From Candidatus Eiseniibacteriota bacterium (GTDB lineage: Bacteria > Eisenbacteria > RBG-16-71-46 > CAVPCR01), in assembly GCA_963823555.1 (NCBI GenBank), contig CAWGMA010000001.1:864001-928000 (forward strand): DNA of 64,000 nt, given 5' to 3'. This document shows, piece after piece, positions 21,975 through 32,559 of this stretch (its first letter is position 1; each line of letters starts with the position of its first letter). The notes below the pieces were generated by a model. It had not been told where the DNA came from. It searched no databases and saw only the letters and a program-made list of their open reading frames with translations. Position numbers and translations under genes: made by a program.

Positions 21975-23837
21975 ATGCGTCTTCCGGACGAGTTGATAGA
22001 TGAGGTACGCGCGGCCACCAACGTCGTGGAGGTGATCGGCGAATACGTGCCTTTGACCGCGGCCGGGCGCAACTACAAGGGGCTCTGCCCCTTTCACGAG
22101 GAGAAGACCCCCTCGTTCATCGTGAGTCCGGACCGCCAGACCTACCATTGCTTCGGGTGCTCAGCCGGCGGCAATGTCTTCAGTTTCCTCATGAAGCATC
22201 AGGGCCTCGAGTTCCGCGAGGCCGTGGAGCTCCTGGCAGGCCGAGCCGGCATCTCGCTGCCGCGCCGTTCCGAGCCGCGCGGGGCCCTGGACGAGTCGGG
22301 CGCCGGGCGCCTGCTGGCCGCGCTCGAAGAGGCGACGAAGTTCTTCGAGCGCAACCTGTGGGAACGCGAGGCGGGGAGTCGGGCTCGGGCCTACCTCGAG
22401 GAACGCGGCATCGACGAGAGCGTGGCCCGGGCCTTTCGCCTCGGGTATGCGCTCCCAGGATACGACAGCATGCGGCGTCGACTGGGGGACGCCCACGGGC
22501 TCAAGACGCTCATCGCCTCTGGACTGCTCGTCGACCGCGGCGAGGACCGCAACTACGACCGGTTTCGCGATCGGCTCATCTTCCCCATCATCGGACCGGG
22601 AGGGCATCCGGTTGGGTTCGGGGCTCGCAGCCTGGACGGTTCGGAGCCCAAGTACCTGAACAGCCCGGAAACCGCGGTCTACCACAAGCGTGAGGTGCTC
22701 TACGGCCTCCATGCCGCCCGCAGCACCCTGGCCCGGCAGGGGGTGGCCTGGATCGTGGAAGGCTACATGGACGTCCTGACCCTCCATCAGGCCGGGTTCG
22801 GAGCCGCCCTTGCGGTCTCCGGCACCGCCCTGAGCGACCGCCACGCCCGCCTCCTGGGCCGTCATGCCCGGCAGGCCCTCCTCCTCTTCGACGGGGATGA
22901 TGCGGGGCGGGCGGCTGTCCTCCGCTCCCTGCCGCCTCTTCTGGGCGAGGGCCTCGAGGTCCGGGTGGCCATGATCCCTGGCGGGGATGACCCCGATAGC
23001 CTCCTGCGGAAAGGGGGCCGAGAGGCCCTCGAGGGGGTGGTCGCTCGGGCCACATCTGTGGTACAATTTGTTGTTACCCTTTGCTACACGGCACACTCCA
23101 AAGAAGAGGCGAGGGCGGAAGCGCTGCGCCAGCTCGTCAACCTTGGGTCTTTTGTCCCTGAGGGAGCGGCGCTGCGCTTGTTTTCCGAAGATGCGGCACG
23201 TCTCCTCGGCTTTGCCGAACCATCGCTGGGGCGTGAGATCGCCATAGCTCGGGCGGCGCGGGCAAGGCAGGCTGGGGCCACGAGCTGGGCGCGCAGCCAG
23301 GCAGGGCAGGATCTTGGACCAGGGACCAGCACGGGGGATGGGGCACCTCACCGGCGGTCGGGGGGGCAGCGACTCACCGGCCCGCCGCGCATCGGAACCA
23401 TCGGGGCTACCAGGACTTCCGGGAGCGGGGCAGAGAGGCTGCTCCTGGCTCTGGCCCTGGGCCGGCCTGAACTGGTGCGCCAGATCCGCAATGAACTCAC
23501 GAGCGACGATTTCTCCGGACCCGATCTCAAACGCGTGGCCGAACTCCTCCTGGCCCGCGAAGCGCAGAATCAATCGATCCGTCCGGCCGACCTGGTGGGT
23601 CCCGATGTCGATGCGACCCTGGCGAATCTCGTGACCGAGCTGGCGGTCGATCCCGCGGCCGGCGACGAGAACGCCGCGGCGGCGGCCGGTGAGCTGATCG
23701 CACGGCTCAAGGCGCGTCGCCGCCATCGGGAGATCACCCGGCTGCGCGAGCTGATTCGCGAGCACGAGGCGGCCGGCCGCCAAGAGGAGATCGGACCGCT
23801 GCTCGAACGAGTGCAAGTCCTCATCCAATCCGAGTGA
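21975..23837 (+). CDS. dnaG: DNA primase
   Basis: CPFHEEKTPSF zinc finger, KYLNSPET, VEGYMDV, FDGDDAG. Confidence 0.97.
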   Translation: MRLPDELIDEVRAATNVVEVIGEYVPLTAAGRNYKGLCPFHEEKTPSFIVSPDRQTYHCFGCSAGGNVFSFLMKHQGLEFREAVELLAGRAGISLPRRSEPRGALDESGAGRLLAALEEATKFFERNLWEREAGSRARAYLEERGIDESVARAFRLGYALPGYDSMRRRLGDAHGLKTLIASGLLVDRGEDRNYDRFRDRLIFPIIGPGGHPVGFGARSLDGSEPKYLNSPETAVYHKREVLYGLHAARSTLARQGVAWIVEGYMDVLTLHQAGFGAALAVSGTALSDRHARLLGRHARQALLLFDGDDAGRAAVLRSLPPLLGEGLEVRVAMIPGGDDPDSLLRKGGREALEGVVARATSVVQFVVTLCYTAHSKEEARAEALRQLVNLGSFVPEGAALRLFSEDAARLLGFAEPSLGREIAIARAARARQAGATSWARSQAGQDLGPGTSTGDGAPHRRSGGQRLTGPPRIGTIGATRTSGSGAERLLLALALGRPELVRQIRNELTSDDFSGPDLKRVAELLLAREAQNQSIRPADLVGPDVDATLANLVTELAVDPAAGDENAAAAAGELIARLKARRRHREITRLRELIREHEAAGRQEEIGPLLERVQVLIQSE

Positions 23838-23960
23838 AGGCGGTGCTCGAGCTAGATCATTCAGCCCCATGCCAGTCCTGCGCCTGGCGGGGTCGTGGCG
23901 TCAGGTGGCAGGTTCGATTGGGCGATCGTGTTCCTCGGCAAGCGAGGGCGGAGGGCGACC

Positions 23961-25717
23961 ATGAGTAAGAGATCCAAGGGCAGGGTTGTTCTCGAGGATC
24001 TGCGTCAAGCGGCCTTGAAACAGGGCTTCATGACCATCGATCAGATCGAGAACGCGATGGATCTCGAGACCAATATCGACCTCATGGATGAGGTCTACAT
24101 CATGCTCGGGAAGATGAAGATCGAGGTCTTCGACTCCGAGAAGGACGCGCAGGAGAAGATCCGCAAGGTCCAGAAGCAGGAGGAGAAGAAGACCGAAGCC
24201 CGAGCCGTCGCCAGCCAGGTCCTCAGGTACGACGACCCGGTGCGGATGTACCTGCGTGAGATGGGTCGCGTGCCATTGCTCGACCGCGAGGGCGAGGTCG
24301 AGATCGCCAAGCGCATCGAGAACGGTGGTCGCAAGATCCGCATGGCGGTCTTCCAGTCGCCAACTTGCCTGAAGGATCTTCTTGTTCTCGCCGAGCGCAT
24401 CGAGCAGGAAAAGGTGAAGCTCGAGGATGTCGTGCAGCTCGATTTCGGGGGCTGGAGCTCGGGGAGCTCCGCCCGCAAGGACCGGGCGCGCGTGATCGCC
24501 GTCATCCACAAGGCAGTGGAGGTCCAGGCTGAGCTCTCCCGACTGCGTCAGGCGTTGAGCCGGAAGGTGTCGCAGAAGCGCCAGCGGGAGCTCGAGGAAG
24601 CGGCCACCAAGCTCGAGACCAAGATCGCCCTGGATATCGCCGGGGTCCCTTTCAATCCCAAGCTGATCGACAAGCTGGCGGCCAAGGCCAAGCTGGCGTG
24701 GGAGCGCATGCGGGAGGCGGAGAATGATATCGCCGACATCGAGCGCCGCGTGGGCATGTCCTCGGAGGACATCACCACCCTGGCCAAGCGGGCAGGGCGG
24801 GGCGCGCCGGACCTGCGGAAGGTCAAGCGCGAGACGGGCCTCGGCAAGGAAGAGCTGGGTGACGCACTCAAGAATCTGACGCTCGCCAAGAAGCGCGTGA
24901 AGAGGATCGAGGTCGAAGACCAGCTCACGCGGGATCAGCAGCGGGCCATTGTCCGCATGATCCTCGAGGGTGAGCGCGAGGTGGACAAGGCCAAGCGCGA
25001 GATGATCGAGGCCAACGTCCGGCTCGTGATCTCGATCGCCAAGCGCTACACGAACCGCGGGCTCGAGTTCCTCGACCTGATCCAGGAAGGCAACTCCGGT
25101 CTGATGCGGGCGGTCGACAAGTTCGACTACACCAAGGGCTACAAGTTCTCGACCTACGCCACGTGGTGGATCCGCCAGGCGATCACGCGCGCCATCGCCG
25201 ATCAGGCGCGCACGATCCGGGTCCCGGTGCACATGATCGAAGCCATCAACAAGGTGGTGCGCACCTCGCGTCGCCTGGTGCAGGAGCTGGGTCGCGAGCC
25301 GATCCCGGAGGAGATCGCCGAGCCAAGCTCGACATGCCGGTCGACAAGATCAAGAGCGTGCTCAAGGCGGCCCAGGAGCCGATCTCGCTCGATCGTCCGA
25401 TCGGTGAGGACGACGACTCGAACCTCGGGGACTTCGTCGAGGACACGAGCGTGATCTCACCGGCGCACTCCGCGGCCTTCGCCATGCTCAAGGACGAGGT
25501 ATCGGATGTCTTGAAGACCCTGACTCCGCGCGAGGCCAAGGTCATCAGGCTGCGGTTCGGCCTCACCGAGGACGGTTGCCCGCGCACGCTCGAGGAGGTC
25601 GGCGCCTCGTTCAATGTGACCCGCGAGCGCATCCGGCAGATCGAGGCCAAGGCGCTGCGCAAGCTCCGGCACCCGACCCGGCGCCGGCGCCTGAAGGGTT
25701 TCGTCGAGTTCGTCTAG
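23961..25717 (+). CDS. rpoD: Primary sigma factor RpoD, split by a frameshift at ~25320
   Basis: [33 protein letters not shown] in one frame; EPISLD.PIG and [18 protein letters not shown] in another. Confidence 0.95.
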
Positions 25718-25768
25718 ATGCGGCATCGGGTTCCGGCGGTGGGCCGCGACCAGGCGCCGGTCCGGGGC

Positions 25769-25798
25769 TTGCGGGTGCCGCGGCTTTGGTGCTACTTT
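25769..25798 (+). promoter_or_regulatory. Putative promoter of the tRNA pair
   Basis: TTGCGG-N18-TACTTT with extended TGn. Confidence 0.5.
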
Positions 25799-25813
25799 CC
25801 TCGTCTGGTTTGT

Positions 25814-25886
<73 letters not shown>

Positions 25887-25951
25887 CGGTGTGGGGCGAC
25901 GGGCCAGGGACCACGCAGAACAGGGCATTCATTTTGGTCCGTGCAGAAGAA

Positions 25952-26027
25952 GGGCGGGTAGCTCAGCTGGCAGAGCACCAGGATCACAACCTGGGGGTCA
26001 CAGGTTCGAGCCCTGTCCCGCCCACCA
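25952..26027 (+). tRNA. tRNA-Val(CAC)
   Basis: GGGCGGG/CCCGCCC acceptor plus ACCA, CCAGG-ATCACAA-CCTGG arm, ACAGG-TTCGAGC-CCTGT. Confidence 0.92.
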
Positions 26028-26155
26028 TGTTGAGCCGGCACCGGAAAGGCGGTGCGGCCTGGCCCCGCTCCGGCCCCGATCGGGGGTGGGGAGCGAGCGT
26101 GGAGATGACCTCGCTTCCCGTCGGGTGGAGCCGGCGCTCGCCGGACCCGAGACCA

Positions 26156-26186
26156 GGGAGCATGCCGTTACGGCATGCTCCCTTTT
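26156..26186 (+). terminator. Intrinsic terminator
   Basis: GGGAGCATGCCG-TTA-CGGCATGCTCCC then TTTT. Confidence 0.85.
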
Positions 26187-26213
26187 CATTTGGGGGAGGG
26201 TGGTGACGCAACC

Positions 26214-26936
26214 ATGAAAGCCGCCATGGTAGAAGTCCTGATCGTTCTGGCTCGCATCGACGGTGAGTGGCGCCAGATTCACGACCGTCTGGATGCGATT
26301 CCAACGCGGATCGCCCGCATCGATACCGAAGCGGCTCGCCTCAAGTCAGAGCAGGAGCGAGCTCAGCGGGAACTGGACGAGGCCATGAAGAAACGGCGCC
26401 AGCGCGAGCAGGACGCGCTCGCCCTGGACGCGCAGATCGCAAGCGACGCCGGGAAGCTGGCAAGCATCCGCAACAACGTCGAGTACCAGGCCATGCTCAA
26501 GCAGATCGCCGAGGGCAAGAACAAGAAGACCGCACTGGAGAACGATGCCCTCGAGCTCATGGAACGTGAAGAGGCTCTTGGCCGCAAGCTCAGAGAGGAT
26601 CGAAAGCACGTCGACCAGGAGCTTGCCGAGCTGACCCAGGATCGCGCCGCCCTCGACGCGGAGCGGAAGCAGAACGAGGCCGAACTGGCCGCCAAGACCG
26701 AGGAGCGGTCGCAGCTGCTTGCCGGACTCGATCCCGAACTGAGATCCCGCTACCAGCGGCTGGCTCGGGCCAAGGGCGGACTGGCCGTGGTGCCCGTGGT
26801 GAATGGAGCCTGTGGCGGTTGTTTCACCGCTCTACCGCCGCAACGAGTCAACGAAGCCCGACTGGCGGAGCGTCTCGTCTTCTGCGACGGCTGCAGTCGC
26901 ATCCTCATCTGGGACGAGGAGCGCGGCTCCCTTTGA
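26214..26936 (+). CDS. Coiled-coil C4 zinc-ribbon protein (DUF164/CT398-like)
   Basis: Long coiled coil, NNVEYQAM, AVVPVVNGACGGCF...CDGCSRIL. Confidence 0.92.
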   Translation: MKAAMVEVLIVLARIDGEWRQIHDRLDAIPTRIARIDTEAARLKSEQERAQRELDEAMKKRRQREQDALALDAQIASDAGKLASIRNNVEYQAMLKQIAEGKNKKTALENDALELMEREEALGRKLREDRKHVDQELAELTQDRAALDAERKQNEAELAAKTEERSQLLAGLDPELRSRYQRLARAKGGLAVVPVVNGACGGCFTALPPQRVNEARLAERLVFCDGCSRILIWDEERGSL

Positions 26937-27346
26937 GCCGACGAGAGCCCGATCTCGTGATCCACGTCGACGGGGCCGCCCGCGGCAATCCCGGGCCGGC
27001 CGGCGCCGGCGTCCTCGTCACGACGCCTTCCGGTGATGTGGTGGAGGAAGTGACCGCCTACATCGGCAATGCCACCAACAATGTGGCCGAGTACCGGGCC
27101 TTGATCCTGGGTCTCGCCGCCGCTGCCCGGCTCGGGGCCACGTCGGTCACCGTCCATATGGACTCCGAGCTCGTGGTGAGGCAGATGCTGGGGCAATATC
27201 AGGTCAAGAACCCCACCTTGAAGGTCCTCCATGCCGAGGCCAGCGAGCTCCGCAGCCGATTCACCCGGTTCTCGATCCAGCACGTGCCCCGGGCCGCCAA
27301 CGCGGAGGCCGATCGGCTGGCCAATGAAGCGATCGACGGGGCATAG
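26933..27346 (+). CDS. Ribonuclease HI family protein
   Basis: DGAARGNPGPAGAG, TNNVAEY, DSELVV, HVPR..N.EADRLAN. Confidence 0.93.
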   Translation: MSRREPDLVIHVDGAARGNPGPAGAGVLVTTPSGDVVEEVTAYIGNATNNVAEYRALILGLAAAARLGATSVTVHMDSELVVRQMLGQYQVKNPTLKVLHAEASELRSRFTRFSIQHVPRAANAEADRLANEAIDGA

Positions 27347-27445
27347 GGAACCCGGCACAATAGGAAGGGGAGAATCGGCGAGGTAGGCGCAAGGCCCCAG
27401 GACCGGGGCCCGCTGGCCGATGATCCTAATGAATGGGTGATGGAT

Positions 27446-27827
27446 GAGGCCGGAGTCGGTGAGGCGACCGCGGGCCGCCGAGAGGCGGCTCGAGGAAAGT
27501 CCGGGCTCCACAGGGCAGGGTGCTGGGTAACCCCCAGCGGGAGCGATCCTAGGGAAAGTGCCACAGAGAATAGACCGCCTAAGTCCCGCCTCGGCGGGGC
27601 CGGCAAGGGTGAAACGGTGAGGTAAGAGCTCACCAGTGCTGGCGGTGACGCCGGCAGCTCGGTAAACCCCACCCGGAGCAAGGCCAAATAGGGGAGGAGA
27701 GGCGGCCCGCCTCGTCATGACTCCCGGGTAGGCTGCTCGAGGCGTCCGGGAACGGACGTCCCAGATGAATGGTCGCCAGGCCCCTCGGGGCCGGCACAGA
27801 ACCCGGCTTACCACTGGCTCCGGCCTC
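27446..27827 (+). ncRNA. rnpB: RNase P RNA (class A)
   Basis: GAGGAAAGTCCGGGC, GAAAGTGCCACAGA, GGTAAACCCC, ACAGAACCCGGCTTA; 5'/3' P1 complementarity. Confidence 0.97.
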
Positions 27828-27922
27828 GTTCGCGCCGGCGGCGGCTCGCCGGCGCGAACGACGCGCTGGGCGCGGGGATCGTCGCTCGAGAGGAACTCAC
27901 AACCAACGGATCCGGTCTCGCC

Positions 27923-30163
27923 ATGGCAGATTACCTCCCGCGGTCCAATCGCAATCCCGACATCTTGTTCGCCGGGCTCCTCACCCAGGCCAAGACCGTG
28001 CGCTCGGGATTCGATGTCGACCGTGTGCGCCGGGCCTACGATTTCTCCAAGAGCGCGCACGGCTATCAGCTCCGACGCTCGGGGGACCCCTACATCACCC
28101 ACTGTGTCGAGGTCGGCCTCATTCTCGTCGAGCTCCTCGAATCTCGGATCGACGAGACGCTGATCATGGCCGCGCTGCTCCACGATGTGGTCGAGGACAC
28201 GACCATCGACCTGGCCGAGGTGGAGCAACGCTTCGGTCCGGCGGTGGCGCGACTGGTCGATGCGCTCACCAAGATCTCCGGCCTGTCGATGGTCGACCGC
28301 CTTCACGAGCAGGCCAACACCTTCCGCAAGATGCTCCTCTCGATGGCAAAGGACATCCGCGTTGTGCTGATCAAGCTCGCCGATCGCCTGCACAACATGC
28401 GCACTCTCGAGCACCTGAAGCGGGAGCGGGCGCGTGAGATCGCGACCGAGACCCTGGACATCTACGCTCCGCTCGCGCACCGGATGGGAATCGCCACCAT
28501 CAAGTGGGAGCTCGAGGATCTTGCGTTCAAGCACCTCAATCCCGACCTCTACCGCGAGATCTCGCGCAAGGTCGAGATGCGGCGAGGCGAGCGTGAACGC
28601 TATCTCGAGGAGGTGCGGGCCGAGATCCATCGCCGCCTCGTGCAGATGGGAATCAAAGCCGAGGTCATTGGGCGGCCCAAGCACTTCTATTCGATCGCCA
28701 AGAAGATGCAGGATCAGGGGCGCCCCTTCGAGGACATCTATGATCTGCTCGGCGTGCGCATCATCAGTACCAGCACGGATGACTGCTACAAGGCTCTGGG
28801 AGCGGTACACAATCTCTACAATCCGATCCACGATCGCTTCACCGACTACATAGCAACGCCCAAGAGCAACATGTACCAGTCGCTGCACACGACCGTCGTG
28901 GGGCCGCGCAATAACCTGATCGAGGTGCAGATTCGCAGCCGGGAGATGCATCGGCTGGCCGAGCTCGGGGTGGCGGCTCACTACTCCTACAAGGAGGGTG
29001 GGGAGGTGGAGGCGGCCGCCGGCGCCGCCTGGGCGGCCATCATGCGTCAGACCGAGCAGTGGTCGGAGGACGCGGCGACGCCCGATGAGTTCCTCGAGTA
29101 CGTGAAGATCGGCTTCTATCAGGATGAAGTGTTCGTCTTCACCCCCAAGGGCGACCTGATCCACTTGCCGCAGGGCTCGACACCGGTCGACTTCGCCTAC
29201 CACATCCACACCCAGGTTGGAGAGCACACGGTCGGAGCCCGCGTCAACGGCCGGATCGTGCCGCTGCGTCACCAGCTCACCTCCGGCGATCACGTCGAGA
29301 TCATCACCTCACAGCAGGGTCAGCCCAGCGCCGACTGGCTTGCGTTCGTGGCGACTTCCCGCGCCCGATCGAAGATCCGCCGCTGGGTCAAGGCGCAGCG
29401 GCACGACCAGTCGCTGGCCCTTGGACGGGAGATGCTGGACAAGGAGGTGCGGCGACTGCGGCTCAAGATGCTCGATCCGGAGCCCCTGGCCGATGTCGGC
29501 CAGTCACTGGGTTACGAAGGTGTGGAGAGCCTGATGGTGGCTCTCGGCAACGGCGAGGTGAGCCTGAAGCAGGTCATCGCCAAGGCCTTCCCGGATCTGG
29601 CCGAGCCCCAGGAGCGGCCGCGGCGGACCTTCTCGCTGGAGGGCCTGCGCCAGCTTGCCAGCCGTCCGGCGCGGGGCGTATCGATCCAGGGCCTCGACAA
29701 CCTGATGATCACCTTCGCCAAGTGCTGCATGCCGGTTCCCGGAGATCGCATCACCGGCATCGTCACCCGCGGCCGAGGTGTCACCGTGCATCGCGTGGAT
29801 TGCCCGAACGCCTTCGATGGGCGGGTCGAGCCGGAGCGGCGCATCCGCGTCGACTGGGATGCCGACCGCGACCAGGCCTTCCTCGTCAAATTGCTCGTCA
29901 ACGGCGTCGAGCGCCGCGGGCTCCTGGCTGATGTTGCCAAGGCGATCTCCGCCGCCGATACCAATATCCGTCGCTCCGAGGTGGATTCCGACGGAGCGCT
30001 GGCGCGCGGCACCTTCTATGTGGAGGTGCGGAATCTCCGCCATCTGGAGCGGGTGATCCGCGCCGTGCGGGAGGCCAAGGGCGTGACCGGCGTCGAACGG
30101 CATCAGGTCTTCGGCGATGCGCGGATCGATGATCTCGCGCAGCCCGAGGAAGAGGTCGGCTAG
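27923..30163 (+). CDS. rel: Bifunctional (p)ppGpp synthetase/hydrolase (RelA/SpoT)
   Basis: LLHDVVED, KLADRLHNMRT, YQSLHT, TGS and ACT domains. Confidence 0.96.
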   Translation: MADYLPRSNRNPDILFAGLLTQAKTVRSGFDVDRVRRAYDFSKSAHGYQLRRSGDPYITHCVEVGLILVELLESRIDETLIMAALLHDVVEDTTIDLAEVEQRFGPAVARLVDALTKISGLSMVDRLHEQANTFRKMLLSMAKDIRVVLIKLADRLHNMRTLEHLKRERAREIATETLDIYAPLAHRMGIATIKWELEDLAFKHLNPDLYREISRKVEMRRGERERYLEEVRAEIHRRLVQMGIKAEVIGRPKHFYSIAKKMQDQGRPFEDIYDLLGVRIISTSTDDCYKALGAVHNLYNPIHDRFTDYIATPKSNMYQSLHTTVVGPRNNLIEVQIRSREMHRLAELGVAAHYSYKEGGEVEAAAGAAWAAIMRQTEQWSEDAATPDEFLEYVKIGFYQDEVFVFTPKGDLIHLPQGSTPVDFAYHIHTQVGEHTVGARVNGRIVPLRHQLTSGDHVEIITSQQGQPSADWLAFVATSRARSKIRRWVKAQRHDQSLALGREMLDKEVRRLRLKMLDPEPLADVGQSLGYEGVESLMVALGNGEVSLKQVIAKAFPDLAEPQERPRRTFSLEGLRQLASRPARGVSIQGLDNLMITFAKCCMPVPGDRITGIVTRGRGVTVHRVDCPNAFDGRVEPERRIRVDWDADRDQAFLVKLLVNGVERRGLLADVAKAISAADTNIRRSEVDSDGALARGTFYVEVRNLRHLERVIRAVREAKGVTGVERHQVFGDARIDDLAQPEEEVG

Positions 30164-30169
30164 ACCATC

Positions 30170-30667
30170 ATGCGGGCGGTGGTGCAACGGGTGAGCCAGG
30201 CTCGAGTGCGGGTTGACGGCGCCGAGGTCGGCCGCATCGGTCCCGGGTTGCTCGTTCTCCTTGGCATCGGGCACGGCGACGGTGCCGCCGAGGGGGAATG
30301 GATGGTGCGGAAGCTCTCCGAGCTGCGCATCTTCCCCGATGCCGAGGGGCGCATGAATCGCTCGATCGAGGAGAGCGCCGGCGGCGTCCTGCTCATTTCC
30401 CAGTTCACCCTCTACGGAGATGCTCGCAAGGGCAGGCGGCCGAGCTATACGGATGCCGCTCCCCCCGCGGAGGCCGAGCCTCTCATCGCTCGGGTAGCCG
30501 ACGGGCTGCGCGCCCGGGGACTCGAAGTGGCCACCGGAGTGTTCGGCGCCATGATGGATGTCGAGCTCGTCAACCAGGGCCCCGTGACCATTCTCCTCGA
30601 TACCGCCGCAGCGGCGCCCAGCCCGCGCGCGAACCGGAGCGAGGGTCACGCCGCGGGGTCCTCATGA
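30170..30667 (+). CDS. dtd: D-aminoacyl-tRNA deacylase
   Basis: MRAVVQRV, SQFTL, GPVT. Confidence 0.96.
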   Translation: MRAVVQRVSQARVRVDGAEVGRIGPGLLVLLGIGHGDGAAEGEWMVRKLSELRIFPDAEGRMNRSIEESAGGVLLISQFTLYGDARKGRRPSYTDAAPPAEAEPLIARVADGLRARGLEVATGVFGAMMDVELVNQGPVTILLDTAAAAPSPRANRSEGHAAGSS

Positions 30668-31353
30668 TGTCCCGCCGTCACGCGGGGCAGCTCTTGCTCG
30701 CCGGGGACCGCCCGCTGATCCTCGCCTCGCGCTCGCCGCGTCGGGTGGAGATCCTGCGCCGACTTGGCGTGCCCGTGAGCGTGAAGCCCGCTGATGTCGA
30801 AGAGAAGTTCGAGCCCGGTGTGCCGCCGCGGGAAGCAGCGATGCGCGCCGCAGCGCACAAGGCGGTCGCTGTGGCCCGCAAGCTGCGTGGGGGGCTCGTC
30901 CTGGGCGCGGATACGATCGTCATCCTCGACGGCGATATCCTGGGGAAACCGGCCGATGCGCGGCAGGCGGCGGCGATGCTCAGGCGGCTGGCGGGCCGCA
31001 CCCATGTCGTGACCACCGGGCTCGCGCTCATCGACGTGGATCACGGCGTGCGCTGCCTGTCGTGGGAGGACACGAAGGTGCACATGCGAAAGGCGAACTC
31101 CGCCGAGATCGCCGCCTATGTGGCCACGGGAGAGCCGCTCGACAAGGCCGGGGCCTACGGGATCCAGGGTCACGGCGCGCTCTTTGTCGATCGGATCGAG
31201 GGGTGCTACTTCAATGTGGTGGGCCTGCCGGTGGCGCGGCTCCGGAGCATGCTGGTCGATGTGCTCGGCGACCCGTTCATCGCCGGAACCCGGGCCGGCC
31301 GGCAGCCGGCGCCGAAGCGCGGGGCGCGATCGCGCCCGGAGAGCAAGCGATGA
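30664..31353 (+). CDS. maf: Maf nucleotide pyrophosphatase
   Basis: LILASRSPRR, GADT, DKAGAYGIQG, NVVGLP. Confidence 0.94.
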   Translation: MMSRRHAGQLLLAGDRPLILASRSPRRVEILRRLGVPVSVKPADVEEKFEPGVPPREAAMRAAAHKAVAVARKLRGGLVLGADTIVILDGDILGKPADARQAAAMLRRLAGRTHVVTTGLALIDVDHGVRCLSWEDTKVHMRKANSAEIAAYVATGEPLDKAGAYGIQGHGALFVDRIEGCYFNVVGLPVARLRSMLVDVLGDPFIAGTRAGRQPAPKRGARSRPESKR

Positions 31354-32423
31354 TCGAGACCGTGAGCTATGCGGAGGGGAGATTCCGCTTCATCGACCAG
31401 ACCCGCCTTCCCGAGGCGGAGATCCATATCGAGACCACCGATTGGCGCGAAGTCGCTGCCGCGATCCGTACCCTGGCCATCCGTGGCGCCCCGGCGATCG
31501 GGGTGGCCGCGGCGATGGCGGTCGCGCTCGCCGCGCGGGCCGCCGCCGGTTCGGAAGCGAAGCGAGCTCTGCATGCTATCGAGGCTGCGATCGCCGGACT
31601 CCGGAGCACGCGGCCGACGGCTGTCAATCTGTTCTGGGCGCTCGATCGCATGCAGTCGGCGCTGGAACGCGCCGGTGTCGAGCTGCATGGCGACGCGCTC
31701 GCCCAGAGGCTCGAGGCCGAGGCCCTGGCCATTCACGCCGAGGATCTGGCTCAGTCGCGCTCGATCGGCGATCACGGTGCCGCTCTCGTGCCCGAGGGCG
31801 CCCGCATCCTCACGCATTGCAACGCGGGCGGGTTGGCCACGGGAGGTTTGGGCACGGCGCTCGCCGTCATCTATGCCGCTCATGATCAGGGCAAGCGGGT
31901 CAGCGTTCTCGTCGATGAGACCCGACCTCTGCTCCAGGGCGCGCGCCTCACCGCCTGGGAGCTTCACCGCTCCGGCATTCCGGTCACCTTGATCACCGAT
32001 TCGATGGCCGGATCGGCCATGGCTCGGCTGGGAGTGGACCTGGTCGTCGTGGGAGCGGATCGCATCGCGCTGAACGGAGATACCGCCAACAAGATCGGGA
32101 CCTATCCGCTCGCGGTACTGGCCCACCGGCACGAGGTGCCCTTCTATGTAGCCGCTCCCACGACCACCATCGATCCCGGGCTGGCGCGGGGGGAGGAGAT
32201 CCCGATCGAGGAGCGGGCGGAAGCGGAGGTGACCGGGTTTGCCGGGAAGAGGACGGCGCCCGCGGGGATCCGGGCGTGGAATCCGGCCTTCGATGTGACG
32301 AGCCACACCCTGGTCAAGGCCATCGTGACCGAGCAAGGAGTGATCCGACCACCCTATGCCGGAAAGCTGGAAGGCGCCTCCCGACAGCCGGTTACGCGAC
32401 GAGAGGGGCCTAGAGGTCCGTGA
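31350..32423 (+). CDS. mtnA: Methylthioribose-1-phosphate isomerase
   Basis: DQTRLP, RGAPAIG, RPTAVNL, THCNAG, NKIGTY, NPAFDVT. Confidence 0.96.
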   Translation: MIETVSYAEGRFRFIDQTRLPEAEIHIETTDWREVAAAIRTLAIRGAPAIGVAAAMAVALAARAAAGSEAKRALHAIEAAIAGLRSTRPTAVNLFWALDRMQSALERAGVELHGDALAQRLEAEALAIHAEDLAQSRSIGDHGAALVPEGARILTHCNAGGLATGGLGTALAVIYAAHDQGKRVSVLVDETRPLLQGARLTAWELHRSGIPVTLITDSMAGSAMARLGVDLVVVGADRIALNGDTANKIGTYPLAVLAHRHEVPFYVAAPTTTIDPGLARGEEIPIEERAEAEVTGFAGKRTAPAGIRAWNPAFDVTSHTLVKAIVTEQGVIRPPYAGKLEGASRQPVTRREGPRGP

Positions 32424-32529
32424 TCTCCGACCTCAGGCTGGGGGCGGCCGGGCCGCGTTCGTCCGCTGGGCTCCGGCTTTCCGGGGCTCTCCGGCCTTCG
32501 GCCCGGGCCACCGGGTGGGAGAATGTCAG

Positions 32530-32559
32530 TTGACACCCATCGGACCCGCCTGCTAAGTT
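32530..32559 (+). promoter_or_regulatory. Promoter of the rplM operon
   Basis: TTGACA-N18-TAAGTT with extended TGn. Confidence 0.7.

Noticed and set aside
26750..29293. 847-aa minus-strand ORF
   Set aside because: Antisense to RNase HI, rnpB and rel; stop-poor frames are expected in GC-rich DNA; no motifs
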